Shown here: in pieces, positions 28,210 through 37,689 of the stretch
How positions within the stretch are numbered: the stretch's first letter is position 1
Layout: each line of letters begins with the position of its first letter
Source of the DNA: Candidatus Saccharimonadota bacterium
Lineage (GTDB): Bacteria; Patescibacteriota; Saccharimonadia; Saccharimonadales; SZUA-47
Length of the DNA stretch: 64,000 bases
Assembly (NCBI GenBank): GCA_016700315.1
Contig: CP065013.1
Location: 1,449-65,448 of the forward strand
Direction of reading: 5' to 3'
Made by a program: the position numbers and the translations under genes
Notes under the pieces: model-generated
What the model saw: the letters and a program-made list of their open reading frames with translations, nothing else
What the model was told of the DNA's origin: nothing
Databases searched by the model: none

Positions 28210-28893
28210 ATGCGAATTAATAGATGGCTCTCTCAACACACTTCATTGTCGCGCCGAAAGGCAGACGAAGCGTTGCAACAAGGCCGAGTTACAATTAATA
28301 ACAAGAAAGCCAAACTGGGTGACACTGTCGAATATAACGATACTGTTTGCCTTGACGGCGCAGAAGTAGCTAGCCAGCCCATAAAGCGCGAGCTATATAT
28401 GCTAAACAAGCCTGTGGGGTATGTTTGCAGTCGAAGTGGGCAGGGAAGCAAAACAATTTATGATTTACTGCCTAAGCCCCTACACCACCTCAATCCAATT
28501 GGCCGGCTCGACAAAGACAGCTCTGGGCTTTTACTTTTGACTAATGACGGAGAATTACTAAACAAACTGGCTCACCCTAGTAATAATCATGAAAAAGTTT
28601 ACGAAGTTACGCTCCAAGAAATACTGACCCCTGGTCAATTAAACCAGCTTCAAACAGGGGTTAATATAGACGACGCTAGACCTAGCCTACTCAAAGTAAA
28701 GCCTATTCATAACAAGAGTTATGTAGTGATAATTACCGAGGGTAGAAACCGCCAAATTCGTCGCTCTTTTGAAGCAATCGGACATAAAGTAGTTAGGCTG
28801 CATCGAACAAGGCAGGGGCCTTATGAGCTAGCCAACTTACCTTTATCTACCGTCAAACAACTCGGCATTAGCAAGATCAATCTTAGTAGCTAA
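28210..28893 (+). CDS. Pseudouridine synthase, RsuA/RluB family
   Basis: N-terminal S4 domain ('RINRWLSQ...SRRKADE'), catalytic 'GRLDKDSSGLLLLTNDG', 'EGRNRQIRR'. Confidence 0.88.
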   Translation: MRINRWLSQHTSLSRRKADEALQQGRVTINNKKAKLGDTVEYNDTVCLDGAEVASQPIKRELYMLNKPVGYVCSRSGQGSKTIYDLLPKPLHHLNPIGRLDKDSSGLLLLTNDGELLNKLAHPSNNHEKVYEVTLQEILTPGQLNQLQTGVNIDDARPSLLKVKPIHNKSYVVIITEGRNRQIRRSFEAIGHKVVRLHRTRQGPYELANLPLSTVKQLGISKINLSS

Positions 28894-28987
28894 CCACCAA
28901 AATCCGCTATCTAATTAACGCTACGAGCGCCTAGTCTAAGACAGACCATACAAAGCAGAGCCTACATAAGAACTGGGAGGAGTTATC

Positions 28988-29302
28988 CTAATTCGTTGGG
29001 GGGAATTTTGCCAACGTTACTTGGACGAACTGATCTAAGCCATTTTTCGATCTAAGCATATCAGATATTTCACGTCTCTTAGAACCTACCATTACATCCA
29101 TCCCCGATACATCTCCGCCTGCTTTGCCAAATTGGTTCACAACTGCAGAAACAGCACAGACCTCTTTTACAGCGCAGCTCGCGCAAACCGATAATGATCT
29201 CCAAGAAGACGGCTTGAAGTCTTTTGCCTTAATACACTCGCCATGACTAAATAAGACTTCCATCAGATCGTAATTTTTGTAGCTACTCTTATTGGGGTTC
29301 AT
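28988..29302 (-). CDS. WhiB-like (Wbl) Fe-S protein, divergent paralog
   Basis: Cys pattern C-x16-C-x2-C-x5-C ('GECIK...VCASCAVKEVC') and a basic C-terminal segment. The G[VI]WGG turn is degenerate. Confidence 0.45.
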   Translation of the reverse strand: MNPNKSSYKNYDLMEVLFSHGECIKAKDFKPSSWRSLSVCASCAVKEVCAVSAVVNQFGKAGGDVSGMDVMVGSKRREISDMLRSKNGLDQFVQVTLAKFPPTN

Positions 29303-29305
29303 CTA

Positions 29306-29584
29306 TTATTTTCTTAAGATGTTGGTCTTTCTTGCACCGAACATTACACCACCATATATATCGCCAGCAACTTGTGAATTTGGGAACCTATTGCCAAGTT
29401 CTAGGCAAGCTGGTCGAACCGTACAGATACCACAGTAAGGTGCGGCTAGTAAAATTCTTTCCGCCTTAGTCAGATCAGATTCAAGTTCCTTAGCTATAAC
29501 GCCTTTAGGAGCATCTTTACATGCCATTCTTGCGGCTACGAATATCCCTAGTTCGACATTATCCATTTCTGCAATTTTCTTCAT
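29306..29584 (-). CDS. WhiB-like (Wbl) Fe-S protein
   Basis: C-x38-C-x2-C-x5-C ('MACKD...YCGICTVRPAC'), followed by 'GDIYGG' (compare G[VI]WGG) and a basic tail 'GARKTNILRK'. Confidence 0.6.
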   Translation of the reverse strand: MKKIAEMDNVELGIFVAARMACKDAPKGVIAKELESDLTKAERILLAAPYCGICTVRPACLELGNRFPNSQVAGDIYGGVMFGARKTNILRK

Positions 29585-29762
29585 ACTCTCTCCTAATTTG
29601 TGCGTATAATACTCATTATATAATAAAAAGTCAAGTGTTTTGTAACAATTATTACTATTTTACAAATTCTTTCACCTCTGTTATACTTGCAGTAATGAGT
29701 ACCAGTAAAAGTTACGCCGTGTTCCTGCCTTTTAGGGCTAGGAAACTGTTCGGTAAGTCGCT

Positions 29763-31148
29763 ATGAGTAGAGTCCCGATTGTTGCAATTGTTGGGCGCGC
29801 TAATGTTGGCAAGTCTAGTCTTTTTAATGCGATGCTTGGGCGCCGCGAGGCGATCGTCGCCGACGAAGAGGGCACAACCAGAGATGCTATTTATGGCAAA
29901 GTCAGCCTCGATGATCAGCATGATTTTTGGCTTGTCGACACGGCCGGGCTCAAAAGCGCCCAGGACGATTTTGAACTTTCGATCCAAGAACAGATATCGC
30001 AGGCAGCTACTGACGCCGACATAATTCTTGTAGTCGTTGAGGCCGCAGGGCAAATCACCGAAGAAGATCGCCGCGTCGCCAAGCTCGCTTTACGGAGTAA
30101 GAAGCCAGTGATCTTACTGATAAACAAGTCCGACCGTAAGGTAAGAGGTGCTGACGCCCCGTACGAACGACTTGGTATCAAAACCACTATTCGTACCAGC
30201 GCCATTCACAAAATTGGCTTTGACAAGCTCGAAAACGAACTGGAGCAGCTTCTGCCAACAGCAACGATCCGCGAAGACGACAATCGCATTCACCTAGCAC
30301 TGCTGGGTCGTCCAAATGTTGGCAAGTCTAGTCTTTTTAACAACCTTGCTCGCAAACAGCAGGCAATCGTTGCCGATCGTGCTGGCACTACGCGCGACAT
30401 CAACCGGGCCATAGTAAAGTACCACGAACGCGAAATAGAACTCCTCGACACAGCCGGCATACGTCGAAGTGGCAAGATTGAACGCGGAGTCGAGCATTTT
30501 TCTGTTCTGCGGGCGCTGAGCGCCATAGAACAAGCCGACATCTGTCTGCTGCTAATTGACGCCAACGAACCTAGAGTAGCGCTAGATCAAAAAATCGCCG
30601 GCATGGTCAAAGAAGCCGGCAAAGGTCTGGTGATTGTCGTAAGCAAGTGGGATGCAGTAGAGGATAAAACAGCCTACACCCGCGACAGCATGGCGCCGCT
30701 CATTGCCACCGACTTCGACTTTGTGCCTTGGGCGCCACTAATATTCACGAGCAGCGTCACTGGTCAGAATACTGTCAAAATTTTTGATCTAACCTTACAG
30801 ATCATGAAGAGGCGCTCGCGCAAAATCGCTACTACCGAGCTAAACCGCTGGCTACGTCACCAGGTTGACCGTCACCCACCGGCTGGCCTCAAAAATCGAC
30901 AACCAAAACTACGTTACATGGTCCAAGAGCAGGACAACCCCATCCCCGCATTCAAGATTTTTGGCAAAGACACCCGCTTCGTGCACTGGAGTTACCGCCG
31001 ATTCTTAGAAAGCGCAATGCGCGAAACCTTCGACTACATCGGCTCACCGATTCAACTTTGGTTTATCGAAAATGGCGCCAAAGATCCCGACGACCCAGAC
31101 TACAAAACCAAAAAGCAGCCTCACCTAAGTAACCCATACGGCAAGTAG
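29763..31148 (+). CDS. der: Ribosome-associated GTPase Der (EngA)
   Basis: Two G domains ('GRANVGKSSLFN' with 'DTAG'; 'GRPNVGKSSLFN' with 'DTAGIR', 'SKWD') plus a KH-like C-terminus. Confidence 0.92.
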   Translation: MSRVPIVAIVGRANVGKSSLFNAMLGRREAIVADEEGTTRDAIYGKVSLDDQHDFWLVDTAGLKSAQDDFELSIQEQISQAATDADIILVVVEAAGQITEEDRRVAKLALRSKKPVILLINKSDRKVRGADAPYERLGIKTTIRTSAIHKIGFDKLENELEQLLPTATIREDDNRIHLALLGRPNVGKSSLFNNLARKQQAIVADRAGTTRDINRAIVKYHEREIELLDTAGIRRSGKIERGVEHFSVLRALSAIEQADICLLLIDANEPRVALDQKIAGMVKEAGKGLVIVVSKWDAVEDKTAYTRDSMAPLIATDFDFVPWAPLIFTSSVTGQNTVKIFDLTLQIMKRRSRKIATTELNRWLRHQVDRHPPAGLKNRQPKLRYMVQEQDNPIPAFKIFGKDTRFVHWSYRRFLESAMRETFDYIGSPIQLWFIENGAKDPDDPDYKTKKQPHLSNPYGK

Positions 31149-31149
31149 C

Positions 31150-31656
31150 ATGAGACTTCCTGAGTACGTTGACACTAACGAAGGATTCCGTCACTTCTAC
31201 GACCCAGAGCAAGTTCGCACCGACTTCAAAACTGCCAGGCAGTACATACCATTTATACCTTTACTTTGGAACTCAGAAGATACTACTTACATACCCCTAG
31301 GAGATCATGAAACACCTCGCAACACACATCTTGGCTTACTAGTCTCCGAAAGCTTAAATCAAACGGGACTAACTGTAATCGAGTTCCTGCCAACTCCGGC
31401 TGAGGCGCCGCTCCCAACCAACATCGCCCTGAAGCAAGATTTCCCGCCAATTTACGGCTTCGTTTTCGAGTATTACAAGAGCCCTGTCGAATTTCACTTC
31501 GGCGGCCCCGTTAGCATTTTGCGCGAGGGGGGGCAAACTAATCCTTTGGGCCGAAGGTTTTGTGCCAGCATCCACCGCCGCCTGGCTGAAGCTTATGACA
31601 TGGCAAAAAGAAAAAATGAGCTCAGGCTAAGCCAAAAAGTCAGCGCCAATTATTGA
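31150..31656 (+). CDS. Hypothetical protein
   Basis: 168-aa ORF that starts 1 nt after the der stop. No domain recognised. Confidence 0.5.
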   Translation: MRLPEYVDTNEGFRHFYDPEQVRTDFKTARQYIPFIPLLWNSEDTTYIPLGDHETPRNTHLGLLVSESLNQTGLTVIEFLPTPAEAPLPTNIALKQDFPPIYGFVFEYYKSPVEFHFGGPVSILREGGQTNPLGRRFCASIHRRLAEAYDMAKRKNELRLSQKVSANY

Positions 31657-31666
31657 CCCTTGAATT

Positions 31667-31880
31667 GGACGAGGGACGAGTTTAAGTTAGTAGTTGGTAG
31701 TTAGTAGTTGGTAGTTGGTAAGTATTACCCCGTGCCGACTAGGGACTAGGGTCCAGGGACTAGGGACTAGGGACTATTTTAGAGCTTAGAGTTTAGAATT
31801 TTCCCCTCGTTCCTCGTTCATCGTTCTAGGCCCGCCTTCGGCGGACTTGCTACTTTCTACTTGCTACTAGATACTATTTA
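31667..31880. repeat. Mosaic heptanucleotide-repeat array kept in one continuous 7-nt register
   Basis: Counted by hand: GGACGAG x2, TAGTAGT/TGGTAGT x5, GACTAGG/GTCCAGG x5, TTAGAGC/TTAGAGT/TTAGAAT, TCGTTCC/TCGTTCA/TCGTTCT, GCTACTT/TCTACTT. All units are in phase from 31667 to at least 31827. The terminal words GGACGAG and TCGTTCC are reverse complements. Confidence 0.88.
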
Positions 31881-31882
31881 TT

Positions 31883-32509
31883 ATGGGTTTATTTGTAAAA
31901 CGCAGTGAAATTGGTAATAATCTACCGCTATACCGAATTGGGGCAGAGAAGACCTTGCTTGTGGCTGGTCTGGGCAATCCAGGAGCAGAGTATAGTCAAA
32001 CACGCCATAATATAGGCTTTGCCGTCGCCGACAAGCTTGTTGAGGCCGAAAAGGGCTCGTGGCATGAGAAAAAGACCCTAAAATGCCATATTGCCGAGCT
32101 CAAGCTGGGCGACAAGCGCGTAATTGTTATCAAACCAACAACTTTTATGAACAATAGCGGCGAGAGCCTCATTGCCGTACAGCAATATTATAAAATTCCT
32201 AGCTCCGATACCTTAGTGCTACACGATGAGTTAGATATCGCCTTTGGGTCAATTCGTTCCAGCTTCGGCGGCTCTAGCGCCGGGCACAACGGACTAAAGT
32301 CGATAATTACACTAATAGGGCTTGACTTCCAAAGGTTACGCATTGGGATTGGGCCAAAGAGCCCAGCAGAAATCGACAGCGCCGACTTCGTGCTAGCAAA
32401 GTTTTCGAAGGAAGAACAGTCAAAGCTAAAGCCCATCATCAACGAATCGCTAACTATGATCAATGACTTTGTTTTCGGATCGCTAAAGCCCGAAACCCGA
32501 AAAATATAA
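31883..32509 (+). CDS. pth: Peptidyl-tRNA hydrolase
   Basis: 'LLVAGLGNPGAEYSQTRHNIGF', 'KPTTFMNNSG', 'HDELD', 'GHNGLKS'. Confidence 0.92.
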   Translation: MGLFVKRSEIGNNLPLYRIGAEKTLLVAGLGNPGAEYSQTRHNIGFAVADKLVEAEKGSWHEKKTLKCHIAELKLGDKRVIVIKPTTFMNNSGESLIAVQQYYKIPSSDTLVLHDELDIAFGSIRSSFGGSSAGHNGLKSIITLIGLDFQRLRIGIGPKSPAEIDSADFVLAKFSKEEQSKLKPIINESLTMINDFVFGSLKPETRKI

Positions 32510-32560
32510 ATCCTCCGCCAGGACCAACCAAAACGGAGGAAATATTGTTTTTACTTTTGT

Positions 32561-33853
32561 TTAGTTCTCTTGTTTTTTGGCAACTGCTAACGCGCCGCCT
32601 GCAACCACCACGCCAGCTATTAAGCTAGGTAGGGCAGCAGTAGAGCCAGTGTTTTGAAGAACTGGGGTTTTGCTAACAGTAGTAGACGATCCAAGCACCT
32701 GTGGTGGCGTGGCTACGGCTAGTTTTGGAGCCCATTCCATCTGTGGAAATGTTGAGTCAAAACCTAAATAGCTATGCATAGCGTTGATTGCGCGCAGGCC
32801 ACTCAAACGTGCTCCATTCGTACTAAAAGTTGCAAGTTGAGGCATAACCATCTCGTCATCAGTAACTTTTTTAAAATTTCGGTAGTCGTCCTGTACTCCT
32901 GCGAAGCGGTTACCCTTTGGAGAAAAGAACGCCAGTCGATCGCTGTCATCTGTAGCGACGTAGGTAATATTTCCAGTAGCAGTGTCTACCTTGTAATAGC
33001 CTTCGACAATACTAGAAGATCTCTCCCAGTCAGCAAAACAGTATACAAGTAGTGTCGAGGAGTCTGGTGCGGCGTCTAGGTAGACTTCGTCATATTCGTC
33101 CGTAAAAGTTACCTGCTCTCGATCTGCGTAGGTCTTGCCGGACGTAATTTTGAAAATATCTGAGCCATAATCAGGAAATTCTCCTCCACTTAATGGGTGC
33201 CACTGTGAAAAATAAATTGTGCCGTCTGCCGCATAACCACCGTTTAGAAACGTTGGGTTATAAGTATTATCAGTAATGATATTGGTCACAGCACCTGTAG
33301 CGGTGTCTACCTTGTCTAGTTGTGTCCAACTGCCTTCACCCTCAAAGTAGCTGGTCGCTAGAACGTTACTAGAATCAGGAGAGTAAGATAAATCTTCCGA
33401 CTCCGCGTATTCTACATAGCCATTTTGTGAAGGTATTGTCGCTAAATCTGTTACAGAAGTTGTTGGATTACCTTCTGCGTCTATGGTTACTTTTTTTAGA
33501 TCGATCTCATACCGTGCATCTTCGTTGTCTGTGTAGTTAACCTGTCCAAAAACAACGTCGTTGGTCTGATTTGCAACGCTTGTACCGCTAGGAGCAGAGA
33601 CGGTTACGGATTCTATAGCAGCATTTTCGCTATCGACAGTCGCCACTGTGGTAGTGGTGCCCGTATCTGGATTTGTTGCAACAATTTGAGTGACACTACC
33701 TGCAGAGTCGGCTGGCACTTCAACACTCACTATAACCCCGTCTTCGCCAGGCAAAGCCGCATAGACCTTATTGGTTTTTGACATCAAAATGACGACAAAA
33801 ACAAAAAGCGGCAAGGCCGCCACTATTAAACTTCTTATTGCTGATCTTTTCAT
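32561..33853 (-). CDS. Cell-surface beta-propeller-like protein with a sortase sorting signal (LQNTG)
   Basis: Signal/TM at 'MKRSAIRSLIVAALPLFVF' (I prefer ATG 33853). The C-terminus is 'LQNTG', then a hydrophobic stretch, then 'KKQEN'. Confidence 0.6.
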   Translation of the reverse strand: MKRSAIRSLIVAALPLFVFVVILMSKTNKVYAALPGEDGVIVSVEVPADSAGSVTQIVATNPDTGTTTTVATVDSENAAIESVTVSAPSGTSVANQTNDVVFGQVNYTDNEDARYEIDLKKVTIDAEGNPTTSVTDLATIPSQNGYVEYAESEDLSYSPDSSNVLATSYFEGEGSWTQLDKVDTATGAVTNIITDNTYNPTFLNGGYAADGTIYFSQWHPLSGGEFPDYGSDIFKITSGKTYADREQVTFTDEYDEVYLDAAPDSSTLLVYCFADWERSSSIVEGYYKVDTATGNITYVATDDSDRLAFFSPKGNRFAGVQDDYRNFKKVTDDEMVMPQLATFSTNGARLSGLRAINAMHSYLGFDSTFPQMEWAPKLAVATPPQVLGSSTTVSKTPVLQNTGSTAALPSLIAGVVVAGGALAVAKKQEN

Positions 33854-34047
33854 GCACGTACTCCTGTAAATTCTTAGATTACTATTTATAGACACTACCA
33901 CCCGCATCTAAGTAGTTTTATATTCTTCTTTAAGCAACTTGTCAATAAGGAAAAAACGACATAAAGTTCGGGCTAGCCAGAGCCTAGTTAGTCACCGCTA
34001 ACATTTAAAAATATAAATTAGGTAACTAGCGTACAATGATTGTATCT

Positions 34048-35577
34048 TTAATATGCTCCACCCTGCCTTAGCTCACCCAAAAGCGGCCCTAACAGGGCTT
34101 CAAATTCTACCAGCTGCTCGCTAGTAGCAAAAGTAATGATACCCCCCAAATCGTACGCGGCTATGGTTGGCTCATTAACACCATCATTAGTTAACAAAAA
34201 CTTAGGATATGCTACTACTACATCACCATACTTGTCCTGGTCAAGACCACTATAAATTGTAAGGCTTAATGAAGCCAAGCCAGTTTTATCTAATGCCTCA
34301 TTAAAACAAAGTCGCAAGCATGCAGACTTCGGCCTGTCATTCTCTTTCACAACAACAGTTGTTTTATACTTCGCTATAACATTGAGATCAGTTTTTTTGC
34401 TGTTATCTGGGTCAGTACGTACACTCTCTTTCACCGCCATACCTTCTATCGACTGCAAAAGCTGACTGACATTCATATCCCTACCCATTAATCTACTTGT
34501 GAGGGCCACGGCTTCCCTATAGGCCATATCACCCACAACGCTGTCACTTAACATTATCAGTAGTGTATTTAGGCTAGTAATGCTTGGCCGATCGATAAGG
34601 TCGCTCACAAGCGCTAGTAAGTCGGGCTTATTAAAGTTTTCACTCGCAAATTCTTCGTCATCAGGCCTCACAACATTACAGCCAGTGCTCGTTTTGATAC
34701 TAGAAAGAAGCGGTATCACCCCATAGACCGTTGAAATTCCTACTGTGAGCGGCAATTCAGACAACACAGAAGGATCATCAACATTTACTTTACGTTTCAG
34801 CCATCTCGTTTTTTCAACAGGCATATCATACCAGAAGCACAAGTACATATCATCTTTTAAGCTAGAAATTGGCTCAACTATTCTGCGTCTCTCACCTGTA
34901 TAATTCACAACTGTAAATCTTCCTTCTCTATAAACAAGTTCATTGAATTCGGAACTATCGTTAGGATAGTAGCGATTTTCAACCTGAGCCAAAGCTGGAT
35001 CCTGTTTTTTGAGTAAGGAACGCCGTATTGCCACTGCATCTAGATTACAAGTTTCAGCCGTATCAAGGTCTATCATGGCACCAAAAGTTCCGCCATCAAG
35101 TTTATCCAGAATAGTTTTCTTAGCTTTGTCCAATTTAGTATGTGCATCTGCCGTCCTAGCTCGCAAACTCTCTGGCACGGCTTTCTCATACTCCGATAGT
35201 CGTTTTTCTGCTTCCTGTCTAGCAGCTAAAGATCTGTCGATAATTTTGCCAGGAACTTTCAGCTTATACAATCTTGCATCGCTTGGGGCTATTTGACTAT
35301 TATTTATACTGCTGATTGATTGATCTGTTTCGCCATGTTCTGCAGCCTGCAACTCACGACAAGCAGTGATTACCGCGAGCTTGCCTACCTCCTCAATAAA
35401 ACTAGCAAGATTTACATACGAGCTCACTTCAGGTTGCGTAATACCTGCTGCTAGTCTATTTGCGATCTTCCAATCACTATAATCAAAGCTTGCTTCTTCC
35501 TCTAGGCGTGGTCGCATGATTTTCTCTAACTCCGTTACAACATTTTTCTTATATCCGATTATAGCATAATTTAGCAT
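34048..35577 (-). CDS. Hypothetical protein (509 aa)
   Basis: Long uninterrupted ORF with no domain recognised. A consensus TGCTATAAT lies inside codons 4-7 (35558-35566), so the real start may be Met21 (35517). Confidence 0.55.
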   Translation of the reverse strand: MLNYAIIGYKKNVVTELEKIMRPRLEEEASFDYSDWKIANRLAAGITQPEVSSYVNLASFIEEVGKLAVITACRELQAAEHGETDQSISSINNSQIAPSDARLYKLKVPGKIIDRSLAARQEAEKRLSEYEKAVPESLRARTADAHTKLDKAKKTILDKLDGGTFGAMIDLDTAETCNLDAVAIRRSLLKKQDPALAQVENRYYPNDSSEFNELVYREGRFTVVNYTGERRRIVEPISSLKDDMYLCFWYDMPVEKTRWLKRKVNVDDPSVLSELPLTVGISTVYGVIPLLSSIKTSTGCNVVRPDDEEFASENFNKPDLLALVSDLIDRPSITSLNTLLIMLSDSVVGDMAYREAVALTSRLMGRDMNVSQLLQSIEGMAVKESVRTDPDNSKKTDLNVIAKYKTTVVVKENDRPKSACLRLCFNEALDKTGLASLSLTIYSGLDQDKYGDVVVAYPKFLLTNDGVNEPTIAAYDLGGIITFATSEQLVEFEALLGPLLGELRQGGAY

Positions 35578-36288
35578 AATGGTCTACATTATAATTATTT
35601 CAAAACACCATGGCTGGCGGCACCACGATTTTTGCTTTCTTCTTAGTGATATAAAAAGCCTACTGAGGGTGAGCCAGTCTGGTGGACTGGCGCAAGAGAA
35701 CCTTTCAGATTATAAGCTTGCTTATAGTTTGAAAGTTCTGAGGCCACAGAATGTGGCTGGGCACAAACTAAATAGAGCTTCTAGAGGGGGTGGGCACCGC
35801 TAGAAGCTCAATTTAGGGCTCAAATAGATTTTGAGCCTTAATTACACCCTTCAACCCACCTTGAAGGCCTCCGATTTAGTCGTCTCTCAACTGACTAAAA
35901 CGGCCCACTCATAGGTTTTGACGTTCTCCGTTAAACTCACACTCAAACAAAACGAGGGAGGGGAACTGGTTAAAGGGAATAGGATGATTTAGAACGCATA
36001 TTTTCCCAAAGAATAAACAAGGGAGACGGCTCGTAGAAAGTGGAGGGTAACAACTGTCTACAGCACGCTCTAAATCAATCTATTACACTTCATCTCTACT
36101 GATTGAAGCCGAAGCTTTGTCTCAGAAAAGATAAGTGTTTATTGCTGATTGTTTGCGAAAAAACAATTTTGTTCGTACAATCAGCGGTATAAGGTGCATA
36201 ACTTCCTCACAGGAGGTTACGAATTGCTATTTTAGCAAATAAGTTTCATTGTGTCAATACTTTTTAATGGATTTGTGAATTTATCAAC

Positions 36289-37143
36289 ATGAAGTCTCAA
36301 GAACTAAACATAAGTGGTCAGCTAGGGATAAAGGTGAGTAGGCTGTTCGACCAGCCAACTCATCTGTATTACCGCGGCCACCTGGATATAGAGGCACTAC
36401 TCAGCCGCCCATGCGTCGGAGTAGTTGGCACCCGTACACCTACGGCTTACGGGAAAAGCATTGTTGATAAATTAGTCAGCGAGCTGACTCGCCACAATAT
36501 CGTGATCATCAGCGGTCTAGCCTTGGGTATAGACTGCTTGGCACATCAGGCCTGTTTAAAAACAAACGGCCAAACCATTGCTGTGCTGCCGAGTGGCATA
36601 GATCGGCTTTATCCATCGACCAATGCAAGCGTAGGCAGACAAATCGAGGATAGCGGCCTACTGATTAGCGAATACAGCGGCGATGGATCACCACGACATG
36701 ACCAGTTTATCGCTCGAAACCGTATTATCGCCGCGCTAAGCGATGTTTTGGTTATCCCGGAAGCAGCCGATCGATCCGGCAGTCTCCACACAGCCAGATT
36801 TGCACTCGAGATGGGTATTCCGGTAATGGCCGTACCTGGCCCCATAACTAGCCGGCTAAGCGAGGGCTGTAATCGATTGATCGCACAAGGAGCGACGCCG
36901 ATTTTAAGCGCACAAGACATATTGCGCGAGCTAGAGATCGACAATCCAATTTCAACAGATTACGCGCCAGATACAGAAGCAGAAAGCAAAATTCTGGAAG
37001 CGCTTAATCAAGGCGCTACTGACGGCGCTGCAATCCGCCTCGCCAGCGGCCTCACCCCTGAGCTTTATCTCCAAACCCTAACAATGCTTGAGATAAAGGG
37101 AATTATTAAGGCTCTAGGAGGGGATCAGTGGGGGAGACTATAA
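36289..37143 (+). CDS. dprA: DNA processing protein DprA
   Basis: 'VGVVGTRTPTAYG', 'IISGLALGIDCLAHQA', 'SEY..G..P....F..RNRIIAALS'. Confidence 0.88.
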   Translation: MKSQELNISGQLGIKVSRLFDQPTHLYYRGHLDIEALLSRPCVGVVGTRTPTAYGKSIVDKLVSELTRHNIVIISGLALGIDCLAHQACLKTNGQTIAVLPSGIDRLYPSTNASVGRQIEDSGLLISEYSGDGSPRHDQFIARNRIIAALSDVLVIPEAADRSGSLHTARFALEMGIPVMAVPGPITSRLSEGCNRLIAQGATPILSAQDILRELEIDNPISTDYAPDTEAESKILEALNQGATDGAAIRLASGLTPELYLQTLTMLEIKGIIKALGGDQWGRL

Positions 37144-37574
37144 AGCGCTTTGAGCACATTGTGGGCGAAGCTATAGATCGAACTAGGATAAAGACTTTAG
37201 CTACTTGTATTGGTGTTAGCGGCTTCATAGCTGATATGAATCGGCAGAAAAGCTCGAAGTTTTTGGACTTCGCTGAACCCTTTAAATTTCCGGCTCATTC
37301 TAAGCACTTACTTGGAGGCATGGCTTTGGGTTACGTATTGCGACTTAGCAGCGAGGGGCTCAAAGAATTAAGCTCTGCCACTCGCAACCTCATTTCGTTT
37401 GGTGCCACGATGGCAGTCAGCGCCGCCATGGAAACTTCAATTGGAGATTTTGTTTTGAATAGACCATCTACGCATGACCCTCTGGATATCGCCTGGACAA
37501 CTACCGCTGGATTGGCAGGATTACTATGTGTCAAACCCAAAGTCGACGAAAATCCCTCTAAAATTGCGGAATAA
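37128..37574 (+). CDS. Hypothetical protein
   Basis: 148-aa ORF with a GTG start that overlaps the dprA 3' end. No domain recognised. Confidence 0.4.
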   Translation: MGETIKRFEHIVGEAIDRTRIKTLATCIGVSGFIADMNRQKSSKFLDFAEPFKFPAHSKHLLGGMALGYVLRLSSEGLKELSSATRNLISFGATMAVSAAMETSIGDFVLNRPSTHDPLDIAWTTTAGLAGLLCVKPKVDENPSKIAE

Positions 37575-37689
37575 GACCGCCTAAAAGATCTTTTGCGTTT
37601 GATTTATCCACCATAATTCTGTTAGGGTATGCATTGATAAAGATTTAGCTAAATGCATAAGCAGTTTGTTACAATCTTATTAATTATAT

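Noticed and set aside
29521-30053. ORFs 29521-29766 (+) and 29712-30053 (-) around the der start.
   Set aside because: They overlap the WhiB-like gene, the promoter region or der itself. They show no similarity to anything, and der explains the region.
35580-36288. Tried to identify the structured intergenic region as RNase P RNA or tmRNA (smpB is in the window).
   Set aside because: Only weak partial matches were found, and they lie on opposite strands: 'GAGGAAGT' on the minus strand versus CR-I GAGGAAAGUCC, and 'ACAGAATGTGGCT' on the plus strand versus CR-IV. There is no GGTTCGA-type T-arm, no terminal CCA context and no tag-peptide-like ORF. I left it unassigned.
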